A DNA stretch of 64,000 bases from Obrimoposthia wandeli (GCA_977020255.1 CDROCS010000121.1:1-64000); one strand, 5' to 3'. Counted from the first letter of the stretch, positions 28,453 through 40,318 are shown. The notes: generated by a model not told the origin, from the sequence alone. Program-made: numbers and translations.

Positions 28453-30729
28453 ATGACTACAAATATAATGGATAGTTTTTATCATAACACTGGTTGTGAG
28501 CAAATTAATTACAAGATATTATTGGTTGATGATAGTAAAACTTTTAATCAAAAGATTTCTGATGGCCTCACAATTTTAGGACATAAAGTTACACAATCTT
28601 ATACTTTAACTGAAGCAGAAAATTGTTTGAAAAATGATAGTTTTGATTTTATATTACTTGATCTGATACTTCCTGATGGAGAAGGTAATGAATTAATTGA
28701 CCTTATGGATAAAGAAACAAGAGCTAAAGTTATTGTTTTAAGTGGGGACAATGATCATCAAAGAAGAAGTCATATCTTTGAATCTGGAATTTTAGACTAT
28801 TTTTCAAAATCAAATCCTACTCATAAAATTATAAATGACGTAAAAAAACTATTGTGTACTGTTCAAATAAACTCTAAAATAAATGTTTTACTTGTTGATG
28901 ATTCTTCTTTTATGAGAAAAATGCTTACAAATATTCTTAGTCCTAAGAAGTTTAATATAATTGAAGCTATTGATGGAGAAAAAGGATTGGATGTATTATC
29001 TAAGACTGAAGTGCATTTGGTTATTTTAGATTATGAAATGCCTATAATGGACGGAATTCAGTTCATAGAAAAAGTAAAACAAAATATTGATTATTTGGAT
29101 TTGCCAATTATTATGTTATCTGGAAATGATGATAAAAATATTATAGCACGTGCTTTAAAAAATGGTGCAAGTGATTTTTTAAAAAAACCGTTTGCAACAG
29201 AAGAATTATTGTTAAAATGTGATTTACATGTTAAAAACTATTTAAATATAAAAATAATAAAACAACAAGATAAAGAGCTCATAAGTTCATTGGAAAAAAC
29301 CAAAGAAGCTGAACAACATAAGTCAATATTTTTGGCAAATATGTCTCATGAAATAAGAACACCATTAAATGCAATTATGGGTTTTGTTGATTTACTCGCT
29401 GAAGATGAAATTGACAAAGTTAAGAAAAACTATTTATCAACAATTCAAAAATCTGGTAGTATGTTATTAAATCTAATTAATGATGTACTTGATTTTTCCA
29501 AAATAGATAATGGGAAACTTGATATAAACAAAGAAATATTTGTTATCGATGAATTAATTGATCTTCTTGTTAGTTTATATTCTCCTATGATTGAAAAAAA
29601 AGGTTTAACACTTATTCGTAATATAGATCAAAATATTACAAAATATCTAAATTCAGATTTTTTAAGAATCAAACAAGTTTTGACTAATTTAATTGGTAAT
29701 GCGATTAAATTTACACCAAAAGGTGGTTCAATTACTATCGACGTATTATTAAGTGATGATAAAGACTCTGTTGTATTTAATGTGATAGATACAGGTATTG
29801 GAATTGATAAGTCAAATCATAAAAAGATTTTTGAATTATTTAGACAAGCAGAAAAAACAACAACAGAACACTTTGGTGGTACTGGTTTAGGACTGAGTAT
29901 TAGTGCCGAGTTAGTTAATTTATTAGGCGGTACTTTAGGAATTAAAAGTGAATTAACTAAAGGGAGTTGTTTTTATTTTGGTGTACCTATTGGTGATATA
30001 ACACATGATACTATTACTCATCATGAGGTTATCCAAAAAGAAAAAATCAAAAGAATCACTACTACCTATACTCAGCATGTACTACTAGTCGAAGATAACT
30101 TGACAAATCAAAAGTTCATGGAAATTATACTTTCAAAGCATAAATTAACTTTTGATATTGCATCCGATGGTCAAGAAGCGTTAAATTTATTTAGAAACAA
30201 TGATTATGATATGGTTTTTATGGATGAAAATATGCCCAATATGAATGGTATAGAAGCAACAAAAAAAATCAGGTTATTTGAAAAAGAAACAAAATCAAAA
30301 TATACTCCCATTATCGCATTAACTGCAAACGCCCTTATCGGGGATGAAGAACGATTCAAGCTTGCAGGGATGGATGAATATCTTAGTAAGCCTTTAAATA
30401 GAGAAAAACTAGCCGAGGTATTAGTAAAGTATCTTGATAGAAAAAGTGTATTTGATATGGTTGTTGAGACAAATGATAAACATACATTTGAAAAAGAATT
30501 TCTTTTAAAGGTTGCTTATCCAATTGAACTTATCGAAGATGCTATCAAAAATGAAAATTTTAATAGTATAGTGAAATATATTAATATTGTAAAAATTATC
30601 AGTATGAAATATAGTTATCAAGATATCTTTACTTTATGTTTAAATATAGAATCGAGTGCAAAAGACTCTGATATACAAAGTTGTAGAAATTTTTTATTAG
30701 TACTAAAGGGACAGTTCAATGGTATTTAA
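28453..30729 (+). CDS. Cytoplasmic hybrid histidine kinase (REC-REC-HisKA-HATPase-REC)
   Basis: LLDLILP, ILDYEMP, SHEIRTPLNAI, NLIGNAIKFT, GGTGLGL, FMDENMP; no TM segment. Confidence 0.92.
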   Translation: MTTNIMDSFYHNTGCEQINYKILLVDDSKTFNQKISDGLTILGHKVTQSYTLTEAENCLKNDSFDFILLDLILPDGEGNELIDLMDKETRAKVIVLSGDNDHQRRSHIFESGILDYFSKSNPTHKIINDVKKLLCTVQINSKINVLLVDDSSFMRKMLTNILSPKKFNIIEAIDGEKGLDVLSKTEVHLVILDYEMPIMDGIQFIEKVKQNIDYLDLPIIMLSGNDDKNIIARALKNGASDFLKKPFATEELLLKCDLHVKNYLNIKIIKQQDKELISSLEKTKEAEQHKSIFLANMSHEIRTPLNAIMGFVDLLAEDEIDKVKKNYLSTIQKSGSMLLNLINDVLDFSKIDNGKLDINKEIFVIDELIDLLVSLYSPMIEKKGLTLIRNIDQNITKYLNSDFLRIKQVLTNLIGNAIKFTPKGGSITIDVLLSDDKDSVVFNVIDTGIGIDKSNHKKIFELFRQAEKTTTEHFGGTGLGLSISAELVNLLGGTLGIKSELTKGSCFYFGVPIGDITHDTITHHEVIQKEKIKRITTTYTQHVLLVEDNLTNQKFMEIILSKHKLTFDIASDGQEALNLFRNNDYDMVFMDENMPNMNGIEATKKIRLFEKETKSKYTPIIALTANALIGDEERFKLAGMDEYLSKPLNREKLAEVLVKYLDRKSVFDMVVETNDKHTFEKEFLLKVAYPIELIEDAIKNENFNSIVKYINIVKIISMKYSYQDIFTLCLNIESSAKDSDIQSCRNFLLVLKGQFNGI

Positions 30730-32506
30730 TACTATAAAAATTTTATATGTAGAAGATGATAAGTCTATTATTGAATTCGTAAAAATTATATTTAAAAAAA
30801 TGGATATTTTAAATGTAACCTATGCTTCAAATGGGGAAGAGGGATTTGAATTTTATAAAAATAATCAGTTTGACTTAGTCATTACGGATATGCATATGCC
30901 AATAATGGATGGTTTTAGTCTTATTGAAAGTATACGAGAACTAAATCCTAAACAAATTTTCATGATGATTACTGCTACAGAAAATAAAGATGACTTAATC
31001 CGTGCAATTGAATTAAGAATCAATTATTTTATTGAAAAACCAATTAATCCTAAAAAATTTAAATCTATTTTATCTGAATGCATTGAATTTATTAACGAGA
31101 AAAAAGAATTAAGCTTAACAAATAGTTTATTATCTCAATATAAAGAAGTAATAGATGCTAGTACAATTCTTTCTAAAGCCGATATAAAGGGACGTATTAC
31201 TTATGTAAATGATCAGTTTTGTAAACTTTCTCAGTATAGTGAAGATGAACTTATCGGTAAACAGCATAATATTTTAAGAGATCCTAATATGCCATCATCT
31301 ATCTTCAAAGATTTATGGTCTACTATAAAGTCTAAGAAACAGTGGAAAGGTACAATTAGCAATAGAGCTAAGGATGGTTCTATTTATATCGTTGATGCTT
31401 TAATTATACCTATCTTTGATGAACAAAATAATATTATTGAATATATCGGTATTAGACATGATATAACAGAAATCGAACAATATAAAAACTTATTAAAAAA
31501 TGAATTAGATATTACAACAAAAGGTCTTGATGAAAAGATCCATTTACTTGCAGAATATGAAAAAGTGATTAATGAAAGTTCGACTGTATCTAGAACTGAT
31601 ACACAAGGAAATATAACATATATAAATGACAAATTTTGTAAGTTGAATGGATATGAACAACATGAAATATTAGGAAAAGCTCACAATATTTTGCGTAGTC
31701 CAGATACTCCAAAAGAGTTCTTTAAAGTTTTATGGGACACTATACAGTCAAAACAAATTTGGCAAGGAATTTTTAAAAATATTACTAAAGATGGTGATAT
31801 AACATATATGGATACAACTATTGTACCTATTTTAGATATGAATGATAAAATTATTGAGTACATGAGTATTCGACATAATGTAACGCAGTTAGTTAATTTA
31901 CGTCAAGAGATAGAAGATACACAAAAAGAAGTTGTTTTTACTATGGGTGCTATTGGTGAAAGTAGAAGTAAAGAAACTGGTAATCATGTAAAACGAGTTG
32001 CTGAATACTCATATTTACTTGCTATTTTAGCTGGCATAAATGAAAAAGAAGCAGGTCTTCTTAAATTAGCTAGTCCTATGCATGATATAGGTAAAGTTGG
32101 TATTCCTGATGCTATTTTAAATAAACCAGGAAAATTAACATTCGAAGAATTTAAAATCATGAAAACACATGCCTTAAAAGGTTATGAAATGCTCCAAGGT
32201 TCAAATAGAGATATTCTTAAAATTTCAGCTATTGTTGCATATGAGCATCATGAAAAATGGGACGGAACAGGTTATCCAAATAGTTTAGTGGGTGAAGATA
32301 TTCATATTTTTGGGCGTATTACTGCAATATGTGATGTTTTTGATGCTTTAGGTAGTAACAGAGCTTACAAAAGAGCATGGAACTTAGATCAAATATTAGA
32401 ATTATTTAGAGATCAAAGAGAAAAACACTTTGATCCTGTATTGATAGATTTGTTTTTTGATAACTTAAATGAGTTTTTATCAATTAGAGATAGATATATA
32501 GATTAA
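30719..32506 (+). CDS. REC-PAS-PAS-HD-GYP c-di-GMP phosphodiesterase
   Basis: ITDMHMP, two PAS/PAC repeats, MHDIGK, HHEKWDGTGYP. Confidence 0.92.
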   Translation: MVFNTIKILYVEDDKSIIEFVKIIFKKMDILNVTYASNGEEGFEFYKNNQFDLVITDMHMPIMDGFSLIESIRELNPKQIFMMITATENKDDLIRAIELRINYFIEKPINPKKFKSILSECIEFINEKKELSLTNSLLSQYKEVIDASTILSKADIKGRITYVNDQFCKLSQYSEDELIGKQHNILRDPNMPSSIFKDLWSTIKSKKQWKGTISNRAKDGSIYIVDALIIPIFDEQNNIIEYIGIRHDITEIEQYKNLLKNELDITTKGLDEKIHLLAEYEKVINESSTVSRTDTQGNITYINDKFCKLNGYEQHEILGKAHNILRSPDTPKEFFKVLWDTIQSKQIWQGIFKNITKDGDITYMDTTIVPILDMNDKIIEYMSIRHNVTQLVNLRQEIEDTQKEVVFTMGAIGESRSKETGNHVKRVAEYSYLLAILAGINEKEAGLLKLASPMHDIGKVGIPDAILNKPGKLTFEEFKIMKTHALKGYEMLQGSNRDILKISAIVAYEHHEKWDGTGYPNSLVGEDIHIFGRITAICDVFDALGSNRAYKRAWNLDQILELFRDQREKHFDPVLIDLFFDNLNEFLSIRDRYID

Positions 32507-32541
32507 TATTAAATGAATAAATAAGATAGAGGAACATAATA

Positions 32542-33810
32542 ATGAATAGTATAAAAACAGTTTTAATAGTAGATGATGATCCCCTAATAATTAGTATTTT
32601 AAAAAGTAAACTTACATTAAAAATGAATAATATAAATATATTATCAGCGGTATCATATAAAGAAGCAGTTAAACATATCTTAGATAAAGACGAAGTTATT
32701 GATGTTGCTATACTAGATTTAAATTTACCGGATGTTGATAGTGGAGCGATAGTTGATTATGCAATGAAAAAAGATATTCCGACTATTGTCTTAACTGGAA
32801 CAGCTAATAATAATTTAAAAAATATACTTATTGATAACAATATTCTTGATTATATTATAAAAGGCGGCAAGCGTGGTATTGATCATGCTGTTGAGAGTGC
32901 AGTTAGATTATTAAAAAATCAAGGTAAATATATTTTAGTAGTTGATGATTCACCTGTTCAGCTTGCTAGAACAGTTGAAGTATTGGAAAAAATGAAGTTT
33001 AAAGTTGTTACAGCTACAAATGGGCTTGAAGCATATGGCATACTTTACAATAGTAATTTAAAATTTTCTGTTGTATTGACAGATTTTAATATGCCTAAAA
33101 TGGATGGAATGGATTTGACTCTAAAGATAAGAGAAGAATTTGATAAGGATGAATTAGGAGTAATTGTATTAAGTGCAAATGATACTCCTGATTTATCTTC
33201 TCAATTTATTAGTGTAGGTGCAAATGACTTTCTAAATAAACCATACTCTGAAATTGAACTTATTACTAGAATCAATTCTAATTTGGAGTTATTAGATTTA
33301 TTTGAAAAAACACGAGATATGGCAAATAAAGATTTCATGACGGGTGCTTATAATAGAAGGTATTTTTTTGAAGCAGGTCAATCTATTTTTGGAAAATCAA
33401 AAAGAAGTCAAAAAAATATTGCTGTAGCTATGTTTGATATAGATAAATTTAAAAATATCAATGATACTTATGGTCATGATGTAGGTGATGTAGCAATTAT
33501 TGAAGTTGCGAATATTCTAAATACACATTTAAGAGCAAGTGACCTAATGGCAAGATTTGGTGGTGAAGAATTTTGTGTTTTATTAGAAAATATTACTTTA
33601 GAAGAAGTGGAAGCTTTATTTGAAAAGATTAGAATTATATTTGAAGAGAATACCATTAAAGTAGGAGAATTAGAAATAAAATTTACTACTTCAATAGGTA
33701 TTTGTTATGGAATAGAAGAAGACTTGGAGATGATGATTAAAAAATCTGATGATGGTCTTTATTTTTGTAAAAATAATGGTAGAAATCAAATAGCAATAAA
33801 TAAGGGTTAA
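32542..33810 (+). CDS. REC-REC-GGDEF diguanylate cyclase (PleD-like)
   Basis: ILDLNLP, LTDFNMP, DIDKFK, RASD I-site, RFGGEEF active site. Confidence 0.92.
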   Translation: MNSIKTVLIVDDDPLIISILKSKLTLKMNNINILSAVSYKEAVKHILDKDEVIDVAILDLNLPDVDSGAIVDYAMKKDIPTIVLTGTANNNLKNILIDNNILDYIIKGGKRGIDHAVESAVRLLKNQGKYILVVDDSPVQLARTVEVLEKMKFKVVTATNGLEAYGILYNSNLKFSVVLTDFNMPKMDGMDLTLKIREEFDKDELGVIVLSANDTPDLSSQFISVGANDFLNKPYSEIELITRINSNLELLDLFEKTRDMANKDFMTGAYNRRYFFEAGQSIFGKSKRSQKNIAVAMFDIDKFKNINDTYGHDVGDVAIIEVANILNTHLRASDLMARFGGEEFCVLLENITLEEVEALFEKIRIIFEENTIKVGELEIKFTTSIGICYGIEEDLEMMIKKSDDGLYFCKNNGRNQIAINKG

Positions 33811-33812
33811 AA

Positions 33813-35210
33813 GTGAATAACATAAATATATTGTATGCTGAAGACGATAAGTCTGTTGTAGAATTTGTCAAAATATTATTTAAAAAAAATAATATAGAAA
33901 ATGTTACATTTGCATGTAATGGAATTGAAGCATTAAAATTATATAGAAATAATAAATTTGATCTAGTTATTACTGACATGATTATGCCAGAAATGGATGG
34001 CTTTGAACTCATTGAAAATATTAAAAAAATAAATCCAGAGCAAGTTTTTATGATGGTTACTGGTTTAGATAATAGAGAAGACCTAATTAAAGCAATAGAG
34101 TTGCGTGTTCATTTTTTTGTAGAAAAACCAATACGAACACCTCGTTTTAATAAAATTCTTAAAGAGTGTTTGAAATATATTAATGATAAAAAAGAATCAG
34201 AACTTTCGACTCTGTTATTAACTCAATACAAACATGCTATTGACTCAAGTACTATTTTATCAAAAGCAGATATAAATGGAAAAATAACATATGTAAACGA
34301 TGCCTTTTGTAAAATTTCACAATATAGCGAATCTGAATGCATTGGAAAAAGTCATAATTTAGTACGACATCCAGATATGGAAGCAAGTTTTTTTAAAGAT
34401 ATGTGGAAAACAATTAGTTCTAAAAAAGAATGGCAAGGAATTATTAAAAATAAAGCAAAAGATGGTTCTGAGTATATAGTTGATTCATTGCTTATCCCTT
34501 TATTAGATGCAAATAATGAGATAATTGAATATTTGGGAATTAGACACGATATTACAAAACTTGAGCATTATAAAATTGATTTACAAGATCAATTAGAAAT
34601 CGCTGTTAAAGATATTGTAGATACTCAAAAAGAAGTTGTATTTACAATGGGTGCAATAGGTGAAACAAGAAGTAAAGAAACTGGATTTCATGTAAAAAGA
34701 GTTGCTGAGTATTCTTACATATTGGCAGTTTTAGCTGGTCTTGATGAAGAAAGCGCCGAACTGCTAAAACTCGCATCCCCAATGCATGATATAGGTAAAG
34801 TAGGGATTCCTGATGCTATTTTAAATAAACCTGGTAAGCTTGATTTCAAAGAATTTGAAATAATGAAAACTCATGCGACGCTTGGGTATGATATGTTAAA
34901 AGGTTCTACTAGAGACATTCTTCAAACTTCTTCTATTGTTGCCTATGAACATCATGAAAAATGGGATGGTTCAGGGTACCCTCGTGGTCTAAAAAAAGGT
35001 AATATTCATATCTACGGTAGGATAACTGCAATTTGTGATGTTTTTGATGCCTTAGGTAGTGATAGATGCTATAAAAGAGCATGGGAACTTGACAAAATAC
35101 TTGAACTTTTTAAAGATCAATCGGGAAAACAATTTGACCCTAACCTAGTAGAACTATTCTTTGAAAATTTAGATAAATTTTTAGAAATTAGAGATAGGTA
35201 TGTTGATTAG
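33813..35210 (+). CDS. REC-PAS-HD-GYP phosphodiesterase, paralogue of 30719-32506
   Basis: ITDMIMP, one PAS, MHDIGK, HHEKWDGSGYP. Confidence 0.92.
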   Translation: MNNINILYAEDDKSVVEFVKILFKKNNIENVTFACNGIEALKLYRNNKFDLVITDMIMPEMDGFELIENIKKINPEQVFMMVTGLDNREDLIKAIELRVHFFVEKPIRTPRFNKILKECLKYINDKKESELSTLLLTQYKHAIDSSTILSKADINGKITYVNDAFCKISQYSESECIGKSHNLVRHPDMEASFFKDMWKTISSKKEWQGIIKNKAKDGSEYIVDSLLIPLLDANNEIIEYLGIRHDITKLEHYKIDLQDQLEIAVKDIVDTQKEVVFTMGAIGETRSKETGFHVKRVAEYSYILAVLAGLDEESAELLKLASPMHDIGKVGIPDAILNKPGKLDFKEFEIMKTHATLGYDMLKGSTRDILQTSSIVAYEHHEKWDGSGYPRGLKKGNIHIYGRITAICDVFDALGSDRCYKRAWELDKILELFKDQSGKQFDPNLVELFFENLDKFLEIRDRYVD

Positions 35211-35327
35211 TGAAAACAGATAATTTAGAATGTTCTACTATAGCGATCAGAAAAATAAATAAAATTGCAAAAGTAAATTATACACCAATAATTAGATTAA
35301 CTGCAAATTCAATAACTTTGGGTACAA

Positions 35328-36407
35328 ATGAATAATATAATCGATATAAAATACACTAATCCAAAAGACGAAGAACTTGTAAATAGATTTGTAAATGATA
35401 AGAATATAAAAAAATACATATTAGGTATTAATAAATTAACTAAAAGTGTAAAAAAACATATACAAATTGATGGAATTATTGATGATTTTACACGAGTTCA
35501 GTCATCTAGAAAAAAAGAGATTCTTAAAATTGAAGAGATACCTAAAGGTTCTATTATATTATGGGTTGCTACGGGAAGTCCACTTGAAGTGAAAAAAAGA
35601 CTAGATGAGATGGGATATACTCATATTAGTTATCTTTCATTATGCAAATACTCATCGTTAGATTTAGTGCATCCCCCTTTTATAATGGATTTTGAAGATG
35701 ACTTTTTATCAAATAAATCTAAATATCAAGAGATATATAACTTGCTATCTGATGAGAAATCTAAAAAAATATTTGAAAAAGTGATAAATTTTAAAATCTC
35801 ATTTGATTATAATTTTATGGATGGATTCACAAACAATCATGAAGAGCAGTATTTTGACAATGATTTAATTCCTGACATAAAAGATATTAATTTTGTGGAT
35901 GCAGGCGGATATGTTGGGGATACATTACCAACAATTATCAAAAAATTCCCAGATTTTAAAAAAATATATTGTATCGAACCAAATGAATTGCATATTAATA
36001 TCGCCAAACGTAATTTTGATTCTTATGAGAATATAGAGTTTATTAATTGTGGGCTTGGAAATAAAAGAATAGTAGATAACGAAGAGGTTACAATTACAAA
36101 TAATTGTGCACATGATTATCAAGCTGTAAAAATAGATACGATTGATAATCTTATAAAAGAGAAAATTGACTTTTTAAAAATGGATATTGAAGGTGCAGAA
36201 CAAGATGCAATTGAAGGTGCCAAAGAATCTATAAAAAAATATAATCCAATATTAGCAATTTGTATTTATCATAAAGCGGAAGATTGGTATAAAATACCAC
36301 AAAAGGTACTCGAAATAAATTCAAATTACAAAATATATATTAGACACTATATGGAAGGTATTTTTGAGACTGTAATGTACTTTATCCCTCTATCTAAGGC
36401 AGTATAA
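35328..36407 (+). CDS. FkbM-family methyltransferase
   Basis: FVDAGGYVGD, IEPN, FLKMDIEGAE, LAICIYH. Confidence 0.88.
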   Translation: MNNIIDIKYTNPKDEELVNRFVNDKNIKKYILGINKLTKSVKKHIQIDGIIDDFTRVQSSRKKEILKIEEIPKGSIILWVATGSPLEVKKRLDEMGYTHISYLSLCKYSSLDLVHPPFIMDFEDDFLSNKSKYQEIYNLLSDEKSKKIFEKVINFKISFDYNFMDGFTNNHEEQYFDNDLIPDIKDINFVDAGGYVGDTLPTIIKKFPDFKKIYCIEPNELHINIAKRNFDSYENIEFINCGLGNKRIVDNEEVTITNNCAHDYQAVKIDTIDNLIKEKIDFLKMDIEGAEQDAIEGAKESIKKYNPILAICIYHKAEDWYKIPQKVLEINSNYKIYIRHYMEGIFETVMYFIPLSKAV

Positions 36408-36486
36408 AAACGCTTTCAGCTAGTTTTAGATAAAATTAATAATAAAAACTAATTATGATCAATAATTCACTAAGGAATAATCAAAA

Positions 36487-39108
36487 ATGATAAATATTTT
36501 TTCAAAAATTTTTGGAACTAGAAACGATAAAGAAGTAAAAAAATATAACAAGCGAGCACTTATTATTACAGCACTTGAAGATACATTTAGTAACTTAAGT
36601 GATGAAGAATTACAGGATAATTTTAATAAATTAAAGATTGAAGTACAGAATAAAACTAAAACATTAGACGAAGTTCTAAATGAAAGTTTTGCAATTACTA
36701 GAGAAGCTAGTAAAAGAGTTTTAGGTATGCAACATTATGCAGTTCAACTTGTAGGTGGAATGGTTCTTCACGAAGGAAGAATTGCAGAAATGAAAACAGG
36801 TGAAGGAAAAACACTTGTTGGAAGTTTAGCTGTTTCATTAAACGCGATGACAGGAGATGGTGTTCATGTTGTTACCGTAAATGATTATTTAGCTAGCAGA
36901 GATGCGAAAGAATTAGAACCTCTATATAACTTTCTTGGGTACAGTGTTGGTATATTAACTGGCGATGTGCATGAAGATGGTTTTAGAAAAGAACAATATG
37001 CTGCTGATATTACATACGGTACAAACAATGAATTTGGTTTTGACTTCCTGAGAGATAATATGCATTATTCTTTAGATGAAAAAGTACAAAAAAAGTATAA
37101 TTTTGTTATCGTAGATGAAGTTGATTCTATTTTAATTGATGAATCAAGAACACCACTTATTATTTCTGGTCCAACTAATCATAAAAGTACTGATTACTTT
37201 AAAGCACAAGAAGTTGCTCTATCACTAATTAAGGGTGAAAAAGTAGAAGCTACTAAAGCTGATGAGACAGATATGGTAAGTGGTGATTATACTGTTGATG
37301 AAAAAAATAAAGTTGTGCTTTTAACTGAAGAGGGTATTTTAAGTGCTCAAAAATTATTTGACGTTGATAATATGTACTCACTTGAGAATGCTTCTTTATC
37401 ACATCACCTTGATCAAGCTTTAAAAGCAAATAATATTTTTGAAATTGATGTTGATTATGTAGTTCAAGATAATGAAATTATTATTGTTGATGAGTTTACT
37501 GGGCGATTAAGTGAAGGTAGACGATTTTCTGATGGTTTACACCAGGCTTTAGAAGCTAAAGAGGGTGTAACTATTCAAGATGAATCTCAAACACTTGCTG
37601 ATATTACATTCCAAAACTACTTTAGAATGTACTCAAAATTAGCTGGTATGACTGGTACTGCACAAACTGAAGCTACAGAGTTTGGAGAAATCTATAATCT
37701 TGATGTTGTAAGTATTCCTACTAATGTACCAATTCAACGAGATGATAAAAATGATCTTATTTACAAAACTGAAAGAGAAAAATTTATAGCTGTTTGTAAT
37801 AAAATTAAAGAGGTTTCAAAAACAGGTCAACCTATTTTAGTTGGTACTGCATCTATTGAAAAATCAGAACATTTACATGCTCTTTTAAAAGCAGAAAAAA
37901 TTCCTCACACAGTTTTAAATGCTAAACAGCATGAACAAGAGGGTAAAATAATTGAAGATGCAGGACAAAAAGGTGCTGTAACTATTGCTACAAACATGGC
38001 TGGTCGTGGTGTGGATATTAAATTACCAAAAGAGTGTTTAGAGCTCGGTGGATTGATGATTTTAGGTACTGAAAGACACGAGTCAAGAAGAATTGATAAT
38101 CAGCTTAGAGGTCGTGCTGGACGTCAAGGAGATCACGGTGTTTCTCAATTCTATCTATCATTAGAAGATAATTTATTAAGAATTTTTGGTAGTGATAAAA
38201 TTGCTGGCGTTATGAGTAGACTTGGACTTGAAGAGGGTGAACATATCGAATCTGGTATGGTAACACGTGCAGTTGAAAATGCACAGAAAAAAGTTGAAAA
38301 TATGCATTTTGAAAGTAGAAAACATCTTTTAGAATATGATGATGTTGCAAATGAACAAAGAAAAGTAATCTATAGATTTAGAAATGACTTATTAAATGAA
38401 GATTATAAGATAGATTCTAAAATAGCTGAAAATATACAAGAATTTGCAGCTGTTTTAATTGAAAATGCAAAAGAAATTAGTGGTAGCGTCGTAGCTGAAG
38501 ATTTCTCTTACGAAAATGTTATTGCAAAATTAAAAGAAGAATTAAATATTGATGTTAATAAAGAAGAATTTGAAGCAAATGAATTTGATTTAATTGAAGA
38601 AAACTTAATCAAATGTTTAAAAGAAAAATATGAAGAAAAAATGTCTATGCCTGCGCCTGAACAAAGAAGTGAAATAGAAAGAATTTTATATTTACAAGTT
38701 CTTGATAAAGCATACAGAGAACATTTATACTCTATGGATACATTAAAAACAGGTATTGGGTTACGAGGTTATAATCAAAAAGATCCATTAGTTGAGTATA
38801 AAAAAGAAAGCTACAATATGTTTATTGAGTTAATTGCTTCTATTAAATATGAAATAATTAGAATTTTATTTTCAGTTCAATTAAGAGATGAAGATGAAGC
38901 AAAAAGAGAACAAGAAGCATTGGAAAGACTTAAACAAGAAATGGCAGCTTCAGTAGAAGAGATATCTTTAAATAATTCAAATGAAACTGAAAAACCTTCT
39001 GTTGAAAAAAAGATTGCTCGTAATTCTGCTTGTCCTTGTGGAAGTGGAAAAAAATATAAACAATGTTGTGGTCAAAGTGGTCCAAAAAAAGGTATCTTGG
39101 CTCAATAA
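36487..39108 (+). CDS. secA: Preprotein translocase ATPase SecA
   Basis: [49 protein letters not shown] motif [14 protein letters not shown]. Confidence 0.99.
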   Translation: MINIFSKIFGTRNDKEVKKYNKRALIITALEDTFSNLSDEELQDNFNKLKIEVQNKTKTLDEVLNESFAITREASKRVLGMQHYAVQLVGGMVLHEGRIAEMKTGEGKTLVGSLAVSLNAMTGDGVHVVTVNDYLASRDAKELEPLYNFLGYSVGILTGDVHEDGFRKEQYAADITYGTNNEFGFDFLRDNMHYSLDEKVQKKYNFVIVDEVDSILIDESRTPLIISGPTNHKSTDYFKAQEVALSLIKGEKVEATKADETDMVSGDYTVDEKNKVVLLTEEGILSAQKLFDVDNMYSLENASLSHHLDQALKANNIFEIDVDYVVQDNEIIIVDEFTGRLSEGRRFSDGLHQALEAKEGVTIQDESQTLADITFQNYFRMYSKLAGMTGTAQTEATEFGEIYNLDVVSIPTNVPIQRDDKNDLIYKTEREKFIAVCNKIKEVSKTGQPILVGTASIEKSEHLHALLKAEKIPHTVLNAKQHEQEGKIIEDAGQKGAVTIATNMAGRGVDIKLPKECLELGGLMILGTERHESRRIDNQLRGRAGRQGDHGVSQFYLSLEDNLLRIFGSDKIAGVMSRLGLEEGEHIESGMVTRAVENAQKKVENMHFESRKHLLEYDDVANEQRKVIYRFRNDLLNEDYKIDSKIAENIQEFAAVLIENAKEISGSVVAEDFSYENVIAKLKEELNIDVNKEEFEANEFDLIEENLIKCLKEKYEEKMSMPAPEQRSEIERILYLQVLDKAYREHLYSMDTLKTGIGLRGYNQKDPLVEYKKESYNMFIELIASIKYEIIRILFSVQLRDEDEAKREQEALERLKQEMAASVEEISLNNSNETEKPSVEKKIARNSACPCGSGKKYKQCCGQSGPKKGILAQ

Positions 39109-39109
39109 T

Positions 39110-40318
39110 TTGAATACAAAATTAATAAACTTTATAATTAAGAAATATCTTACGTTTGATAAAAAAAATCCTTTCATTTCTATAAGTGCAATTTTGGCAT
39201 TTTTGGGTGTTGGGATTGGTGTGATGGTTCTTATTGTTGCTATGGCGATTATGAATGGAACAGCAAAAGAATTTGAAAAAAAACTTTTTACTATGAATTA
39301 CCCTTTGAGTATTTATCCTAAAATTACTGGGATGGTAGATGAAGAGTTACTACAAGACTTAGAAAAAAAATTCCCTAAAATGAAGTTCTCACCATATTTA
39401 ACATCACAAGTTATGATTCAAAGTGATGACTCTATGAGTGGTGGTGTTATATTTGGAGTAAATAAAGAGAAAGAATCGGCTATAAATAGTATTTATGCGA
39501 AAGCAGTTAAAAATATAGACCAATTTGGAAAATATGATTTAATTGTTGGTCAAGGAATCAAAGACGAGTTATATCTTTATGATAGCCAAAAAGTGACTTT
39601 ATATTTTACTACAATAAATCCTAGTGGATTTTCATTAATGCCAAAAATGAAAAGATTTGTATTTAGTGGAGATTTTAAATCAGGTTTAACAGCATATGAT
39701 AAATCTTATATGTATACTTCTCTTGAATCATTACGAACAATCTTAAAGAAAAAGAAAACATATTATGATGGTATTCATGTATATAGTGATGATCCATTTA
39801 AAGATAAAGAACTTATTTTAAATGCTTTACCTTCTTTTGGAGTAGGAGTAGTGGGTTGGTGGCAACAAAATGGGAATTTTTTTGCAGCTATGGAGATGGA
39901 AAAGAAAGCACTTTTTATTGTATTGATGCTTATTATTTTAATTGCATCTTTAAATATAATTAGTTCACTTCTTATGACAGTAATGAGTAGACGAAAAGAG
40001 ATTGCTTTATTATTATCTTTAGGTGCAAGTACACAAGAAGTTAAACATATTTTTTTGAGACTAGGATTAATTATTGGTTATATGGGAATTATCTGTGGAG
40101 TACTTTTAGGATTTTTTGGTATGTATTTATTAGAAAATTTTGATATTATTTCTCTACCTGCTGATGTATATGGTACAACAAAATTACCTTTATTACTGGA
40201 TACTATAGATTTAGTATCTATAATTATAGGTTCAATGATTATAGTCTTTTTATCTTCTTATTATCCCGCTAAAAAAGCTACACAAATTGATGTATTGGAT
40301 GTTTTACGTAACGAGTAA
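39110..40318 (+). CDS. LolC/E-family (LolF-type) lipoprotein-releasing ABC permease; TTG start at 39110
   Basis: FISISAILAFLGVGIGVMVLIVAMAIMNG, EKKALFIVLMLIILIASLNII, YYPAKKA; follows secA. Confidence 0.9.
   Translation: MNTKLINFIIKKYLTFDKKNPFISISAILAFLGVGIGVMVLIVAMAIMNGTAKEFEKKLFTMNYPLSIYPKITGMVDEELLQDLEKKFPKMKFSPYLTSQVMIQSDDSMSGGVIFGVNKEKESAINSIYAKAVKNIDQFGKYDLIVGQGIKDELYLYDSQKVTLYFTTINPSGFSLMPKMKRFVFSGDFKSGLTAYDKSYMYTSLESLRTILKKKKTYYDGIHVYSDDPFKDKELILNALPSFGVGVVGWWQQNGNFFAAMEMEKKALFIVLMLIILIASLNIISSLLMTVMSRRKEIALLLSLGASTQEVKHIFLRLGLIIGYMGIICGVLLGFFGMYLLENFDIISLPADVYGTTKLPLLLDTIDLVSIIIGSMIIVFLSSYYPAKKATQIDVLDVLRNE

Noticed and set aside
38981-39109. Track start of the lol permease inside secA
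   Set aside because: It overlaps the secA SEC-C coding region; the TTG at 39110 just after the secA stop fits better
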